A stretch of DNA of 64,000 nucleotides from NCBI GenBank assembly GCA_030390025.1, contig CM059431.1, forward strand, positions 127,536,001 through 127,600,000, given 5' to 3'. This stretch comes from Squalus acanthias. Lineage: Eukaryota. This document shows, piece after piece, positions 37,970-51,243 of this stretch. The position numbers were made by a program, and so were the translations under genes. Each line of letters opens with the position of its first letter. The first letter of the stretch is position 1. Below the pieces are notes generated by a model. That model worked only from the letters and a program-made list of their open reading frames with translations. It searched no databases and was not told the origin of the DNA.

Positions 37970-40900
37970 TAGATGGAGTTCGGGAGAACGGGTTTACCGC
38001 AGGCCCTGTCAAATTTAAAGGCAGGGACTAATTAGAATTTGAAAGCTCTGTTTCTCGCCTGCAGCCAGCCAGATGGAGAGGCTGGCTGCGGGCGGGTAGG
38101 CCTGCAACACTAGGCCGCAGAGAGGAGGGAAAGGGGGAGGGATCGCGTGGCGGGGGAGGGGGAGTGATCGTGTGGCGGGGGAGGGGGAGTGGTAGGGGTG
38201 GCTCGGGACTCGGGAGCCGGAGGAGGATCAGGGGCCGGAGGGGGGAGGCCAGGAAGGCAATTACGGGCCAGAGGTGTGATTGGAGGCCTGGGGGGGGGGG
38301 GGCGATCAGAGGCCTTGTGGGGGGATTGGAGGCCTGAGGGGGGATTCGGAAGCCTCGCGAGTGGGATTGGAGGCCTGAGGGTGGGATCGGAGGCCTTGTG
38401 GGTGGGATTGGAGGCCTGAGGGGGGGATTGGAGGCCTGAGGGTGGGATCGGAGGCCTTGTGGGGGGGATTGGAGGCCTGGGGCGAGGATCAGAGACATTG
38501 GGGGGGAATCAAAGGCCTCAGAGGGCTATCCAGTGGTGGGTGAGGCAGGGACACTGGATCCAGGAGGTAAGTGGAAAGGCACTTACCTCCTGGATCCAGC
38601 AGTCTTCGCCTTACTTTAGCTGGCGGATTCCTCGAAGCCTGGGAAAGACGACCGGCCCGAGTTAAATTTGTAATGGTGGATCACCATGAGGCACACCAGC
38701 CTGATTATATTGGCCCTGAATTTGTGGTCGGAGGCTTCCCGCGGGTGGATGCCTTCGATAAGCAAAAAATCTATGAACTTACCCGATAGTCCCGGAGGTT
38801 CAGACACTTGCACTCCTGGGCCTCTATGCGTAGGCCCGCGTATCCCAGGGGCGCAGGTGGTTCGCAAGCACCCCTGGGATCACGTGAGCCGGACCAACCA
38901 ATGAAAGAAAGGGATCCTCATTCATACCTATGAGGGTTCCATATGTATGGAACCTCCATAAGTATGAATGGGAATACGCCCAAAATTACACATACACTTC
39001 AAATAATTAAAAAAAAACACATATTTAAAATTAATCAAAATGGCATTTAATTAAATATTTAAAACAAAAATTTATTTTTTTGAAAAATAAATTTACATAT
39101 TTTAAAGGAGCTAAAAACAAAGTTACCTTATGTCACAGGTTTTAAATGTATAAATTATTGAAAAATAATTATCTTTCTGTTCTTTAAAAGTCTTATACTG
39201 ATAAAAGCAGGCCTTATACCTGTTTTTATCAGGCGTAAGAATTTCACGGGCATTCGCTGGGCAGAAGTCGGGCAACTCTCCGCCCGCGGGTACCGTTTTG
39301 CCGGGGATTTGTACGATCTGTCAAGAAGATTCTTGACAGATCGCAGGTTCTGGGTTTTAGCGCATGCGCAGCACATGCCTGAACCCGGAACTTGCGCGGC
39401 CCCTACGGGCTTATGCACACCTCGTAGTGTAGAGGTTTCGCAATTATCGCGATTCAAATAATATGAGAGAAGCAGGTTCAATTGATCATTTTTATTAAAC
39501 GGAATGCTGTCCTGATAATAAAGGACACAGAAGCCTGTAAAATGGCCACCGCGCATCGTGGCAGAAGCTTCCAGAGACACAGTGGGCAGACAAGATGGCG
39601 TCGAATATACATTCAGTATGAGATCAGATCATACTCGGTACACATTGAAAAGGCAGGATGCAACCCGTTTGCATCCTGGACAATAGCAATGATATAAGTG
39701 CTTGAATCGTTTCATACGCACAGTAAGAATCATTGAACTGGGCCATCGAGAACCCATCCAGACACATCAATACACAAATACCCCCCCGGGCTCAACAATG
39801 AGAGAGACATTGGCGGGTGATTAAGTCAGTATTCGGGGGGCCCCAAAACCAGTCGAGGAGACGATTCATACACATCCTGGCTGGCTCAACAAAGGAGAAG
39901 GCATTAACGGATAGTTGGCCAGTTTCAGGTGATACCGAAACCCGTTAAGAAGATAATCGCCCCATGCTGGGAGTTTTGGGCACCAAAATCACACAAAGAA
40001 TAAACGTTTAGATTTGAGCGGGAGATAAGGCCGACAAGGCAGTATAACTATAGGGAACAAATGTCCATCGGTCTCTTGACTCTTGGCTCTTGACTCTTCG
40101 CTGGTCTCTTCCTCGCTCACTGGTTCCTTCGGCGGGGCTGTGCTGGTCGGTTATTCGAGTGTTGGGTGGAGCTCAATCGGAACGAGCCGCCTCGACAGGG
40201 CAGGTAACAGGGTACACCATCCCAAGCGTCGGTAAACGGTGTCCGGACCCAGAGGCCCGAGTAACAAGAAGAAAGACAAGAAGCAAGACGAGGAGAAATT
40301 CCACGTGCCGCCGCGGTCAGTAAACCCCGACCGCGCCCGAAGATATAATGACAGAATCCATCTTTGAATTCTACAGACTACTACATGAACCGTTTTCTTT
40401 GAATTCTACGGACTACTTCACGATCTGGTCTGAATCCATAGACCACTTCATGACATCAGGGAATCTGGCTTACCCTCCGGCTCTTTGAGCGGGTAGCCTG
40501 AGCCATCCGCGACGAACTTTACCGGGGCCGTCCCAAGTGGACCCATTCGCGGCAGCGAGAGTAAACAAGTGGGGTGCAGAAACCCTTACAACCACGTGAC
40601 AGTCAGGCGCTGCAGCGAAATGAGCTGAGAGCCTCATTTTAAATTTCCGAAGTGAGCCGAGTGGTGAGCATGTTTTCCGATCCTACAAATCCAGACGTAG
40701 TTTAGGTATATTAAGGGAGGGTGGTTTCTAAGGTTAATGTATAATGTGTTCCCCCTTTTACGATGTGTCGTGTGTTCCCCATTTCCATTGATCAAGTTTT
40801 ATGAACGTGTGTATACTGATACTCTATTTGATCTGCGCCTATGACATGTATTTCATGATTTTAGACGCCATGCAATAAAGACATTCATTTCATGCTATTC

Positions 40901-41112
40901 CACCAGGTCTATTTGAGTCTTTTCTCTGCATTACTGCTCCTTGCATCTAAGTCCAGGTGTCAGAACCGTAAGGGTGAGTGGGTCGAACCACTCACGGGTG
41001 CTTATTGCAAAAGTCTGGCCGGAGACCAGAGCAAGCAATAGTATAGGCAACGAAAGCCTCACCTCGCACCAGTCCGTGACCCCTTACAGTAGGGACCGCA
41101 AATTATGGCCCA
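37970..41112. mobile_element. Harbinger-type non-autonomous element containing a G-rich minisatellite (38270-38520), interrupted by a solo LTR
   Basis: Right end AAATTATGGCCC. Internal palindrome at 38919-38970. GGAGGCCTGAGGGGGGATT repeats. Confidence 0.65.
39428..41088 (+). mobile_element. Solo LTR, 1661 bp
   Basis: TGTAGAGG...CCCCTTACA with a perfect 4-bp TSD GTAG (39424-39427 and 41089-41092). AATAAA at 40874. Internal tandem repeats at about 40340-40455. CpG retained. Confidence 0.88.
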
Positions 41113-41453
41113 ATATTTAAATGCGCGACCTGCCTCTTGGGAGTGGGTTGGCTGCCCGCACCCCCACCCCGCCTCCGTTAAAACTGAAAGTGGGCAGGTT
41201 GGGGTCGGGATTCAGTCTTTTAAAACTTTAACCTCCGCCTGACCCCAAGCCACCCGTATTTTGGGGGTTAAAATTCCCTCAAGGAGTGAATTTCCATGGG
41301 GGTTCTCCTGTCTTTCTGGGGATTCTGTGGTTCGTCCACCAAAATTACAGCAAACAATTAGGAGAGCTTCTGGGAAACTTAGGCTACAGTAGCATAGTGG
41401 TTATGTTACGAGAGGAGTAAGCCATAGGCCTGTGCTAATGATCCAGAGACATA

Positions 41454-44400
41454 GGGCTCGATTTTGTCATTGGGGCGGGCTGGGGGCGTGTCATCCGCTT
41501 TTCGTGTTAGCCACCCGACTCCAATTTGATGTGGGAAAAATATGCGATTTTCCCCTAATTGGGCAATTGATTTCCAGCGTGTGGGAACCCCTGGCCCAAT
41601 TAGTCTTTCCATTCTGAAACTCGCCTCCGATGACGTCATCAATGCTACTGGATTTAAGGCCAGCAAGCAGCCTTGCTTCTTCTGCAGACTGCAAACCTTT
41701 TGGCCTTTGCTCTGATAGTTTCTTCCAGGCAAACTGTCCACAGTAGACCTAAGTCTGCACCGAGGTTTGATGACGCCGCCCTGCAAGCTCTGGTGGAGGG
41801 AGCAAGATGGAATAAGGAGGTGCACTTCCCTTCTTCAGGGAGGAAGAAGCCTCCCCAGCAGACGAAGGCTGTGTGGATGCAAGTGGCCCAGGAGGTCAAC
41901 TCCTTATCTATGTGCTGCAGAACCTGGCTGCAGTGCAGGAAGAGGTTTCATGACCTTCTGCGCACTGGAAAAGTAAGTGTGACTTTCCCATCACCCTCAA
42001 TCTGATCCCCATTGCCTCTCCTCACCAGCACTCAGCTTTGACAATCTCTTCCTCCACATCCCACTTGACACTGACATCCCTGCACCCTTACCCATTCCCT
42101 CTCTCTGTATGTTCACATTCACTTAACTATTCGACTATGCAGCCCTCACACTCCTTATCGCTGTGATGCTATGAAAACAACTTATAACACACAGGGAGAG
42201 CCCTTGGTCTTGCCACCTCACTGAATCTTTGTCTCCTTCTAGGCATCTATGCTATGGATTCTCTACACTCACTCCTTCATTCTCACTCAAACTCCAATTG
42301 TCTCCCTCATTGCAGGAAAAGATAGCTCACAATAAGAGGGAAAGAGCGAGGACAGGAGGAGGGCCACCCTCAGTAGCCCAGCTCACCCCCTGGGAGGAGG
42401 CGGCCCTGGAGATCGTGGGAGTGGAGGACGATGTGCAAGTGGGGGACGGACAGATGGGTGCATCAGAGCAAGCTGGTGACAGAATAGTTTTTCATCTCTC
42501 TCATTGACATTGCATGAGTCACTGATAATGATTCTGAAGCTCTAACAGATTGACTTATGATCATCTGCAATATTCAATATGCATGTAACCTTGGCCTCAC
42601 ATCTCTGACTCTTTCCTCTACTCCCCCACAGGACCATCGAAAGCCCCCGTCCCCACTATCCAGGAGGAACAGCCTGAGCCTCCAGACACCTCAGAGGAAG
42701 CTGCAACCTCTGAGGGCGCAGAGTCAGCAGAATTCAGCACACCCAGCACCAGCACAGACACTCACACCTCGGTGGTACCTTCGCGAGATAGTGTAGTGTT
42801 GTCACCTGATGTATCACAGCTCACAAGTGAGCATCAACAGATGGTGGAGACAGGGACAGCAGCAGAGAGTCCTAGTCGGAAGGCGCAGGACTCTGCCAGC
42901 TCGGCTCAGCTGCATGTCAACCCTCTGCCTCTGGGTCCATCCAGAAGAAGAGCGGTGCTGGAACTCCAGGAAGAGGTGCAGGAGTCTCTGGCAGGTTTTG
43001 TCTCCAGGGTCACTGCGAGTGTGGAGCGAATGGAGGAGTCCATCGCTAACATGAGCAGAGCCTTTGTGGAGGCGTTGGCGCATGAATGCATCACCACGGA
43101 AAAGATGGCGACCTCCGTGGAAAGGATGGCTACCTCTATGGTAAGGCTGGCTACTGTAGAGGAGAGGATGGCTACGTCCATCGAGGAGCTTAGTGGCCAG
43201 GGTATGGAAAACACAGTCATTGTTCAGAATAGACTGACATCTCTTAAGGAGCGATGGTCAGCTATTGAGCAAACAAACCAGACCTTCAGGCAAGTCCTCG
43301 GGAGTAGGACTTCCAGTACAGAAAGGAGTCCTCATGGCCCCCCTGAAGTGCAGCAAGGTGCTGTCAAGCCACTTGCTAGCTCTGAAGTGGGGCTGACCCA
43401 TGAGAGGGATGTTGGTGGCAGACAACAAGGGAATGGGGGCTCCTCTCCAAGCGCTCACACGACCATGCCACTGCAAAGTCCTCGGTCAGAGCCCCACCAG
43501 AGTCCCCACCCAACTGAGATCAGCGTCTCAAACCCTGCACAGCTGCAGGAGCAGCAGACTGTTGCCGAGCCCTCACAGGCTCGCAACCCCAGAGGACACC
43601 CGCCAAAAGTGTCGAGACAGGAGCAGCAAGAAAGTGAGCAAGGGGCCTCCACATCTGCTGAAGCCACAGGGGAAGCACCACGTAGGAGCACGTGTAAGAG
43701 GAAGATAATGCACAAGTAGTCACAAGGGTAGTCACTTGGGTGAAATGTCATGTTTAATGTTGAAAAGCCATCAGGTAGTTATTGTAAATAAAAAATTCTG
43801 ATGGCAACTGTTGCAGTTGTGGCATCTGTCATATTGCTAATGGGACTTCCACACTGAGGGCTTAGGATGACTTGCAATTGTCAGTATGGTGGTCAGAGTG
43901 ATAGGAATCCGCAGGTTCTTGGCCATTGTCGATGGTCTGATAAGAAGGTGCGAGGCAAAAGTGTTTGATTGTGCAGGCTAAGCAAATCTGGCCAAGAGGA
44001 GTGCGTCCCTTGCATCCCGGGCAGCAATGTGGTCGCGCGCTGGCGCCTTCTGGCCTGTGCAGCTTCAGGTGGGTGAGCAGCAGCTTGGCGCTCCTGTTGT
44101 TGCTGCTGCTGTTGGTGGTGCTGTTGTTCATGGATCTGTTGCTGCCACGGCTGGTCTTCGTCCGAATCTGATGTCCAGGAGGAAAGGAAATAAATGGTTC
44201 CCATGCTTCTGGTATATGCCTCAGTTGAGGAAGCACTCATTCAAGGTGGCGAGAGGGGTTTCCCAGGAGGTCACACTGGAGATGGGTGTCAGGCTCCAAA
44301 CTTCCACAACACTGAGTATGCCTGCTAAAAGTTCCCCCAGACCTGAGACAACAAAGTTCTGCCACCTGCAAATGATGATTGCTGAAAACTCCTTTTTAAT

Positions 44401-44734
44401 GGTGGAGCTGCAGCTGTTAGTAAGCAGTCCACTTGTGAGGCCGCCAGGATTCACTGACGTGTTTCAGAGGAGACGTGAACCACGTGGGAAAAGTGTTAAA
44501 ATCAGAAAGGCCTCTCAAAATGGGATTATAGAGGCACTTATCTGGTTGTTAAGGGCCTTAAGGGCCTATCCCGCCTCTTGGAGGCGGGATTGAGACGGTG
44601 TCAGAAAACTCGCATTTGGGAAAATTGCTCGGAGGCGGGATGGAGGTGGGATCGGGCCCGCCCTCCATTTTTCGCAATTTTAACACCTCACACGCCTCCA
44701 ATCCCAGCTCCTCGGGCCTGGCAAAATCGAGCCC
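41454..44734 (+). mobile_element. Full-ended Harbinger element lacking the transposase
   Basis: Perfect 13-bp TIRs GGGCTCGATTTTG and CAAAATCGAGCCC. 3-bp TSD ATA (41451-41453 and 44735-44737). Confidence 0.93.
41715..43719 (+). CDS. Harbinger Myb/SANT-like protein, open across three exons (to 41972, 42316-42475, 42632-43719); start codon uncertain
   Basis: GT-AG introns with compatible phases (0 and 1). Reads APRFDDAALQALVEG...WMQVAQEV...RTWLQCRKRFHDL|EKIAHNKRERARTGGG|...coiled coil...KRKIMHK. No in-frame ATG before the domain (ATA at 41715). Confidence 0.75.
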
Positions 44735-45639
44735 ATAAGCTCAAATCGGACGGCAGCTGGGGAATTAAAAAAATTGATTAAATGAATCTGGAATAAAAAA
44801 GCAAGCTAGTATCAGTCATGGTGATGAAATGAAATTACCTGATTGTCATAAAAAACCCATCTGGTTCACTAATGTCATTTAGGGAAGGAAATCTGCCATC
44901 CTTACCCGGTCTGGCCTATATCTGACTCCAGACCCACAGCAATGCAGTTGACTCTTAACTGTCCTCTGAAAAGGCCTAGCAAGCCACTCAGTTGTATTCA
45001 AAAAGGTGGCTCACCATCATCTTTGAGGGCAATTAGGGATGAATAAAAAAAAGACACAATTTAAAATAACACATATCCTTTCGATGGAAAAATGGCCAAA
45101 GAATCCTGAAACTAAGAGAGGATTTTATGTTTACAATCTTTGAACACTAAATTGACTTCCACATCCCATGAATGAATTAAAAAAAAACACCACAGTCTTT
45201 ATAAACATAATTTTCCATCAACAAAAAGAAACCTAAAAAAAATGCTCCAAAATGAACTGTTTATACAGTTGAGCCAGTCCATAGGTCGGTCCGGGGGGTG
45301 GGGGTGGGGGGAGACGGGGGTGGGGGAGACAGACGGGAAAAGGGGGGCAGGCCATGGCTATTAGAGGCCTGCAGTAATTTTGTGGAGCCAGGAGAAGCAC
45401 TCCTGCAGTTTTGTTGGCGGCCTCCAGCTAGCCTATTAAGGACCACAGGTTAGGCTGCTGAAGGACCAGAACAACTGGTTTGAGCATGCGTGGTGACACA
45501 AGCACCACCCAGTCCTAAAACTGGCATTAGGGTCTCGATTTGCAAATTCAAGGAGCCTAACGCCTGTATCAGGCAGGTGCCCTAGACACTTGAAAGTAGA
45601 CAGCTTCCAATTCAGCAGCCAGAGCAATTGCAGGGGCGA

Positions 45640-45930
45640 CCCGAAATTCTACCATCTAGAAGGACAAGGGCAGCAAGCGCATGGGCATACTACCACCTCC
45701 AAGTTACACATCATCCTGACTTGGAAATATGTCATCGTTCCTTCATCGTTGCTGGGTCAAAATATTAGAACTCTCTCTCTAACAGCACTATGGGAGTACC
45801 TTCACCACATGGACTGCAGCGGTTCAAGAAGGCGGCTCACCCCCCCCCTTTCTCGAGGGCAGTTAGGGATGGGCAATAAATGCTGGCCTTGCCAGCTATG
45901 CCCACATCCCGTGAATTAGTAAAAAGAAAA
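45640..45930 (+). mobile_element. Non-LTR retrotransposon 3' end
   Basis: Shares its tail with the SINE at 44995-45050 and with 29925-30105. Ends in an A-rich run. Confidence 0.7.
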
Positions 45931-46124
45931 ACCCAACGCTCAATTTTCGCCCAGAAAACGAGCCCAAATGATGTCCAATGTCTCCCTTCGAGGACTGACC
46001 TTCAGTGGCCTCTTATCTATGTGGGCAGAGTCCATTGCACTGCATTTGCCATTTTGGTTTTCATCTAGTATATCTAAATGGTATACTATTAATGAGAGGC
46101 TCCTTGGAATCCATTATTTCAATT

Positions 46125-47470
46125 TACATGGGAACATAGGAGTAAGCCATTCAGACCCTCAAGCCTGTTCTGCCATTATATTAAATCATGGCTGATCTGT
46201 AGCTGAACTCCATTTACCCTCCTTTGATCCATATCCAATGATACCCTTATCTAATAAAAATTTGTGAATCTCAATCTTGTAAATCTCAATTGACCCAGCA
46301 CCCACAATCTTTTGGTGGAGAGACTGACCCACTTCTACTCTCCTGTGCTTCCTGATTTCATTCCTGAATGGCCTGGGTCTAATTTTAAGATTGTGACCAC
46401 TTGTTTGGGATTCCCTACCAGAGAATATAGTTTTGCTGTATCTACTCAATCAAATCCTTTTATCATTTTCAACAGCTCAATTAAGTCACCCCTCAACTTT
46501 CTACACTCAAGGGCTTACAAGCCCCAGTATCATTCTGGTGAATCTGTGCTATACGGTGTGGTGCCCAAAACTGAATGCATTACTCTAGATAGGGTCTGAC
46601 CAGTGCTCTGTACAAATGAAGCATAACCTCCTCCCCTTTGTATTCCAGCCCCCTTGAGCTAAACGGCAATATTAGCCTTTTTGAATACTTTTGTATCTGT
46701 GCATTAGCTTTCAGTGCTTTGTGTACCTGGACACCCAAATCCCTTTGTTCCTCCACAGTTTCTAAGCTCTCGCATTTAAGATAATATTCCAATTTTTCTT
46801 TCTCGGAACCAAAGTGGATGAGCTTCCTTGCATTGAACTCCATCTGCCATAGTTTTGCCCACTCATGTAACCTGTCTATATCCCTTTGTGACTTCCTGCT
46901 CTCATCTATACAACTTACCATGCCTCCTAACTTAGTGTTATCTTCAAACTTGGTTTACAACTCTCTATTCCTTCATCCAAATCATTGATATATATGGTGA
47001 AAAGCTAAGGCCACAGTGCAGATCCCTAGGGAACAGCAATTGTTACATCCCGCCAATCAGTGTACATTCCCTTTATCTCTACTCTACGTCTCCTACCGCC
47101 CAACCAATTACCAACCCATGTCACACCATTACCTCCAATTTCATGCACTCTAACTTTTGCTAATAATCACGCGCGGAACCTTGTTAAATGCTTTCTGGAA
47201 GTGCATATTGAAACATCCATAGACACTGCCCTATCCCCCATGTTAGTGACCTCCTCAAAAAAATTCAACTGGATTAATCTGACACGACCTACCCTACACA
47301 AATCCATGCTGAATCTCTTTGATGAGCTCATAATTGTTCAAGTGCTCAGTCATTCTGTCCCTAATGATAGATTCCAGCAACTTCCCCACAAAAGACGTTA
47401 AACTGGCAGGTCTGTAGTTTCCTGGTTTCTCCCTCCCTCCCTTCTTAAATAATGGAATGACATTTGCAAT
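46125..47470 (-). mobile_element. CR1 LINE, decayed
   Basis: ANVIPLFKKGGREKPGNYRPASLTS, QHGFV, RDIDRLHEWAKLWQMEFN, YRALVRPYLE. Confidence 0.93.
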
Positions 47471-48559
47471 AATGGACTGACATTTGCAATGTCCTTTGCC
47501 AACTATTGTCCATGTGTTTAGAGGAACAAAAAAGTGCAAGTCATTCCTGATGCATCAACATCCTTTGCTGCAATTCAATTTTCTACCTTCCTACCACAGA
47601 ATACTTCAGAAATGAATCATACAGCAGATTGAAGGATGACACTTGAATCTTCTGCTTCATTTCGAGAAATCCCATCTCAAGATAGCTAGAATTCTGCGAT
47701 GTTGAGCAGTCATTTGTTCTGTTTGTCTGAGGCAGCTCTCCATTATGAAAACATATAGAATTTCTTCATGTTGTGCAGAAGGCAAAACTCCAGGCCAAAT
47801 GAATTAACTGGACAAAAAAAAAATCACACGCATGAGTGGATAAAAGCATTTAACAAATTTAGGGTTCTGCCAAACACAGCAAAATATAGAGAAACATAAA
47901 TCAATAATGGAACATTTGAAATGCATATTGAGATTATAATTTAGCAATAGCAAGAACTGAATTGGAAATCAAACTATTACAAATTACCAAGTGTTATGCA
48001 ACAACAATATAAAGAGACACAAATCAAACCCACAGGAAAAGGAAAGTGTTCAAGGAAAAATTATGATCAAAGTACCTCTGCACCAAAAGAAGGAACTAAA
48101 AAGAAAACTATGGCAGTGAAAAGATTATAGCCCAGGCTGTTCAATTGAACTAAATACATCACAAATACAAGTAATTGGGAGACAGATTCAAATTTACCTG
48201 TCAGTCACTTTCTTTCCCCATTTTAGTGTTTCAAGGAAATTCTTTCATTACATTGCAACTCATTATTTTTGGCCTTTATCACCGCTTTTTCTGGAACTCA
48301 CTCTTACACTGTAGTTGTACAGAATCATATGTGCAAAGCTCCACTCACCCCTTTCTGAACATCAGTGGAATTTATAATGTAATTTAAGAGTGGCTTGTCC
48401 TATTACCTTTTTATTAACTTTAAAAACTGTAAGGTTATCTGCTAGGAACTTTTTAAATTCTTGAAGCTGCTGATTCCTCACTGATTTATGGCTCCGTGGC
48501 TGCAGAACACTCTCTGATACCAAGCTATACATATGATCAGGAGTCAACCGTGGAAGGCA

Positions 48560-48835
48560 TCAAAACTGAGCCAAACCCTGTCTTCAATGGATATCCAGAC
48601 ATGTGCTTTGCCAGCAGGGATTGCTGGATAGCATGTAGGAGCAGTAACTTTGGCCAATTTTCCCTCACCCTAGCATAGGAGGAAGATGGGGAAGGGAGGC
48701 TGAGACCAATTGTGCCATGCCTACCACTGCAATGCTGAGATCAAGTGACTCAGTACAGATCAGGGATTATCCCTGGGACATTTCTGTTCTCTGTGGCTCT
48801 GCTAATCACTGTCTTAACCAACTGAGGAATTAGAG
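48560..48835 (-). mobile_element. Old tRNA-derived SINE
   Basis: Minus strand starts CTCAGTTGGTTAAG (A-box-like) and has a degenerate B-box region near 48765. Confidence 0.45.
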
Positions 48836-48915
48836 GAGTGTCTGTGTCATGTTTTATGTATATGGTGCATCCAGTCCTCTGATTGGTGAAAAAAAGAGGT
48901 GCAGAGAATAGATAT

Positions 48916-51243
48916 GGGACTAGAAATTGGATATGGCCACGAAACAGGCAGTGTTAAGGCCCAATGATGTTAAGCTGCGCCATGTTGAAATGGTCTAGGT
49001 AGCAGGCAAGAGTCATACTCATTCCTCATTAACATGATTATAGACTTGGGGGGAAAGTTTGTATGCACCAACAGAATTGCCGGTGTTGCCGGCAACGCGA
49101 GTTAAAGGCCGTTCAAAACAGCCGCAGCGCTAATGTTGAAAAATTGGCTCTGGAGGTTGGCGATGTGGAGCGCAGCACTAACTTACCGTGCAACGCCCTC
49201 CTGGCGGCGTTAATGGAGGCCTCCGACCCAAAGTTCCCATCCACAGCCGGCGTTGCTGCTTCTTACAGCCTGTGGGACCGAGGCTGTGGAGTTCGCAAGG
49301 TATTGTGGGCAATTAATGGGGCTATGAATTAAAGGGGCAATACATTCAAAACTAAGAAAAATTAAAATCAAGTGACAAATGCATTTTCAGCCCTTACTTC
49401 CTTTCAAAATAAACATAAACATTAAAAATAATTCCCAAATGGCAGTCTTCAGCTCTTAAAGCTGAATTGTCTTCCACATCTAAAAAAATGGTAAAAGTGC
49501 TTCAGCACTAACACAAATGGCTCAGCAAGCCAGGGAAGGGGCACCCAGGGTCTCGCACGCAGCACTCCAGCTTTGTGCAGGGGGTCAACACAGCAAGACA
49601 CGTCCTCTACCCACAGGGGGCCAGGAGACCCTCCAGAAAGAATGATGTGGGAGTACATCACTGAGGCCGTCACTGCCAGCAGTGTCACCCCACCACCTGG
49701 CTCCAAAGAAGCTTCATGACCTCAGACCACTGGTCAAGGTCAGTGAATGCATCTTCAAAAGCCGTCTCCTACCAACTGCATCACTAGCTTCACACACTGC
49801 TCAATGCACGACTCCCCTCCCCCCCATCACATCACTTACCAACAATCTGTATCAATCACAAGTAACATCTCCCATTTCTAGCCTCACCTCACCCTCTTGG
49901 AGGAGCTGGTGCAGGCCATTCTTGGCAGGGGCATGGCTGAGCCCTTGGTCAGCGGTGGGCCCGAAAGCAGACAAGATGCTGGTATCCTCATTAGTTATCC
50001 TCCTTCTGGCATGCACCTCTTGCTTTCCCGCCCTCCCCTCACCTCAACTGCACCCTTGTGCCTTCCTCATTTCACACACCCAAGAAATCCAACCTGCTCG
50101 GCCAGTGGGTGATGAAGATGAGGGAGAGGAGAGCGAAGAAGAACAAGAAGAAGTTTGATTTGACACTCCCAGCCACAAGCTCCTCGAGGTCAACCAGCAA
50201 GGCCATTGGCAGTGTCCCCCACTAGAAGTCAACAGCCTTCCACCAGCCATGCTGCAGCCACTGGGGAAGAACTGCGTGACATCAGTAGGATAGGCAAAGG
50301 CACATATAAGACAGTCACGAAGAGAATGAATGAGGGTGATGAGTTGATTGCTTAATGTCATATTGGATGGATAGATGTTAAATTTGGATTAGAATGTTTG
50401 CTTTGTGGTGGCTTTTATTTCAGCATCGTGGCCAAGAGGACACTGTGATGGTCAGATAATGAAAGGAAGGTAAGGTGTGGGACAAATGTTGAAAGGGGAA
50501 TTGGGGTTGTGAGCACTGGAACCGCAGGTGGATGATTCCTTCCCAGATATCCCGGCCACAAAGGGGCTGTCTGGGATGCATCCTTCGTCTTCTGCTTCCT
50601 CCTCTTCTGCTTCTTCCTCTTCTGTGTCTTCCTCTTCCCTCTGCGAGCGGATGCTGTAAATCTGAAATCCCAGCATAAAATGCTGAAAATACTCAGCAGG
50701 TCAGGCAACATCTTGACCTGAGACGTGAACTCTGTTTATCTCTCCACTGATGTTGCCTGACCTGTTGAATATTTGCAGCATTTTCTGTCTTCTCAAAGGC
50801 CTTCCTTTACCATCCAAGCCTTGCAAGGATCCAGCAGCACTCCCTACACACTTATAAAACTTTTAACCTCTATTGCAGCAAGCCACTACTTCAATAAAAT
50901 CAAAAATATACCCAGTCCAAATGCATAAATTCAAACTTACCTCAATGATGTGTGTGTCCCTTTAAGAGGTGCTGACATCACCACTGTCAGTCTACTTGCA
51001 CATCAGGTTTACCTGATGTGCTTAGGACCCAGCGCTCAATTCGACGCTAGGGTCAAAGTTCGGACTGGTGATGTTAGGTCGACATTTCATGCCGATTGAT
51101 GTCACCACGCTGCCATTTTTTTCTCCAGGGTGCTGCTAGTTACCAGCAGCGCAAAGGGGGGGACAAAAACAGCGACCGCCACCAGCTGATGAAAGAGCGG
51201 TGGCCGGCGTTTTAGTGGCGTTGAGGAGATGAATTTCTAGCCC
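48916..51243 (+). mobile_element. Non-autonomous Harbinger with decayed Myb/SANT gene and transposase C-terminal remnant
   Basis: TIRs GGACTAGAAATT and AATTTCTAGCCC. 49300-50450 is homologous to the reverse complement of 23710-24900. Confidence 0.83.
50647..50790. mobile_element. Degenerate Penelope-derived fold-back, same family as 63741-63974
   Basis: gcggatgctg.aaatctgaaat...aaaatgctg.aaatactcagcaggtcaggca, followed by its inverted copy. Confidence 0.75.

Larger units (their letters stand above)
41382..45052 (+). mobile_element. tRNA-derived SINE, split by the Harbinger at 41454-44734 (head 41382-41453, body 44735-45052)
   Basis: A-box-like TAGCATAGTGG, and B-box-like AGCTCAAATC just after the insertion. 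Core CTGGTTCACTAATGTCATTTAGGGAAGGAAATCTGCC. LINE-derived tail. Confidence 0.7.

Noticed and set aside
38028..38498. 156-aa proline-rich ORF
   Set aside because: It is a translation of a G-rich tandem repeat.
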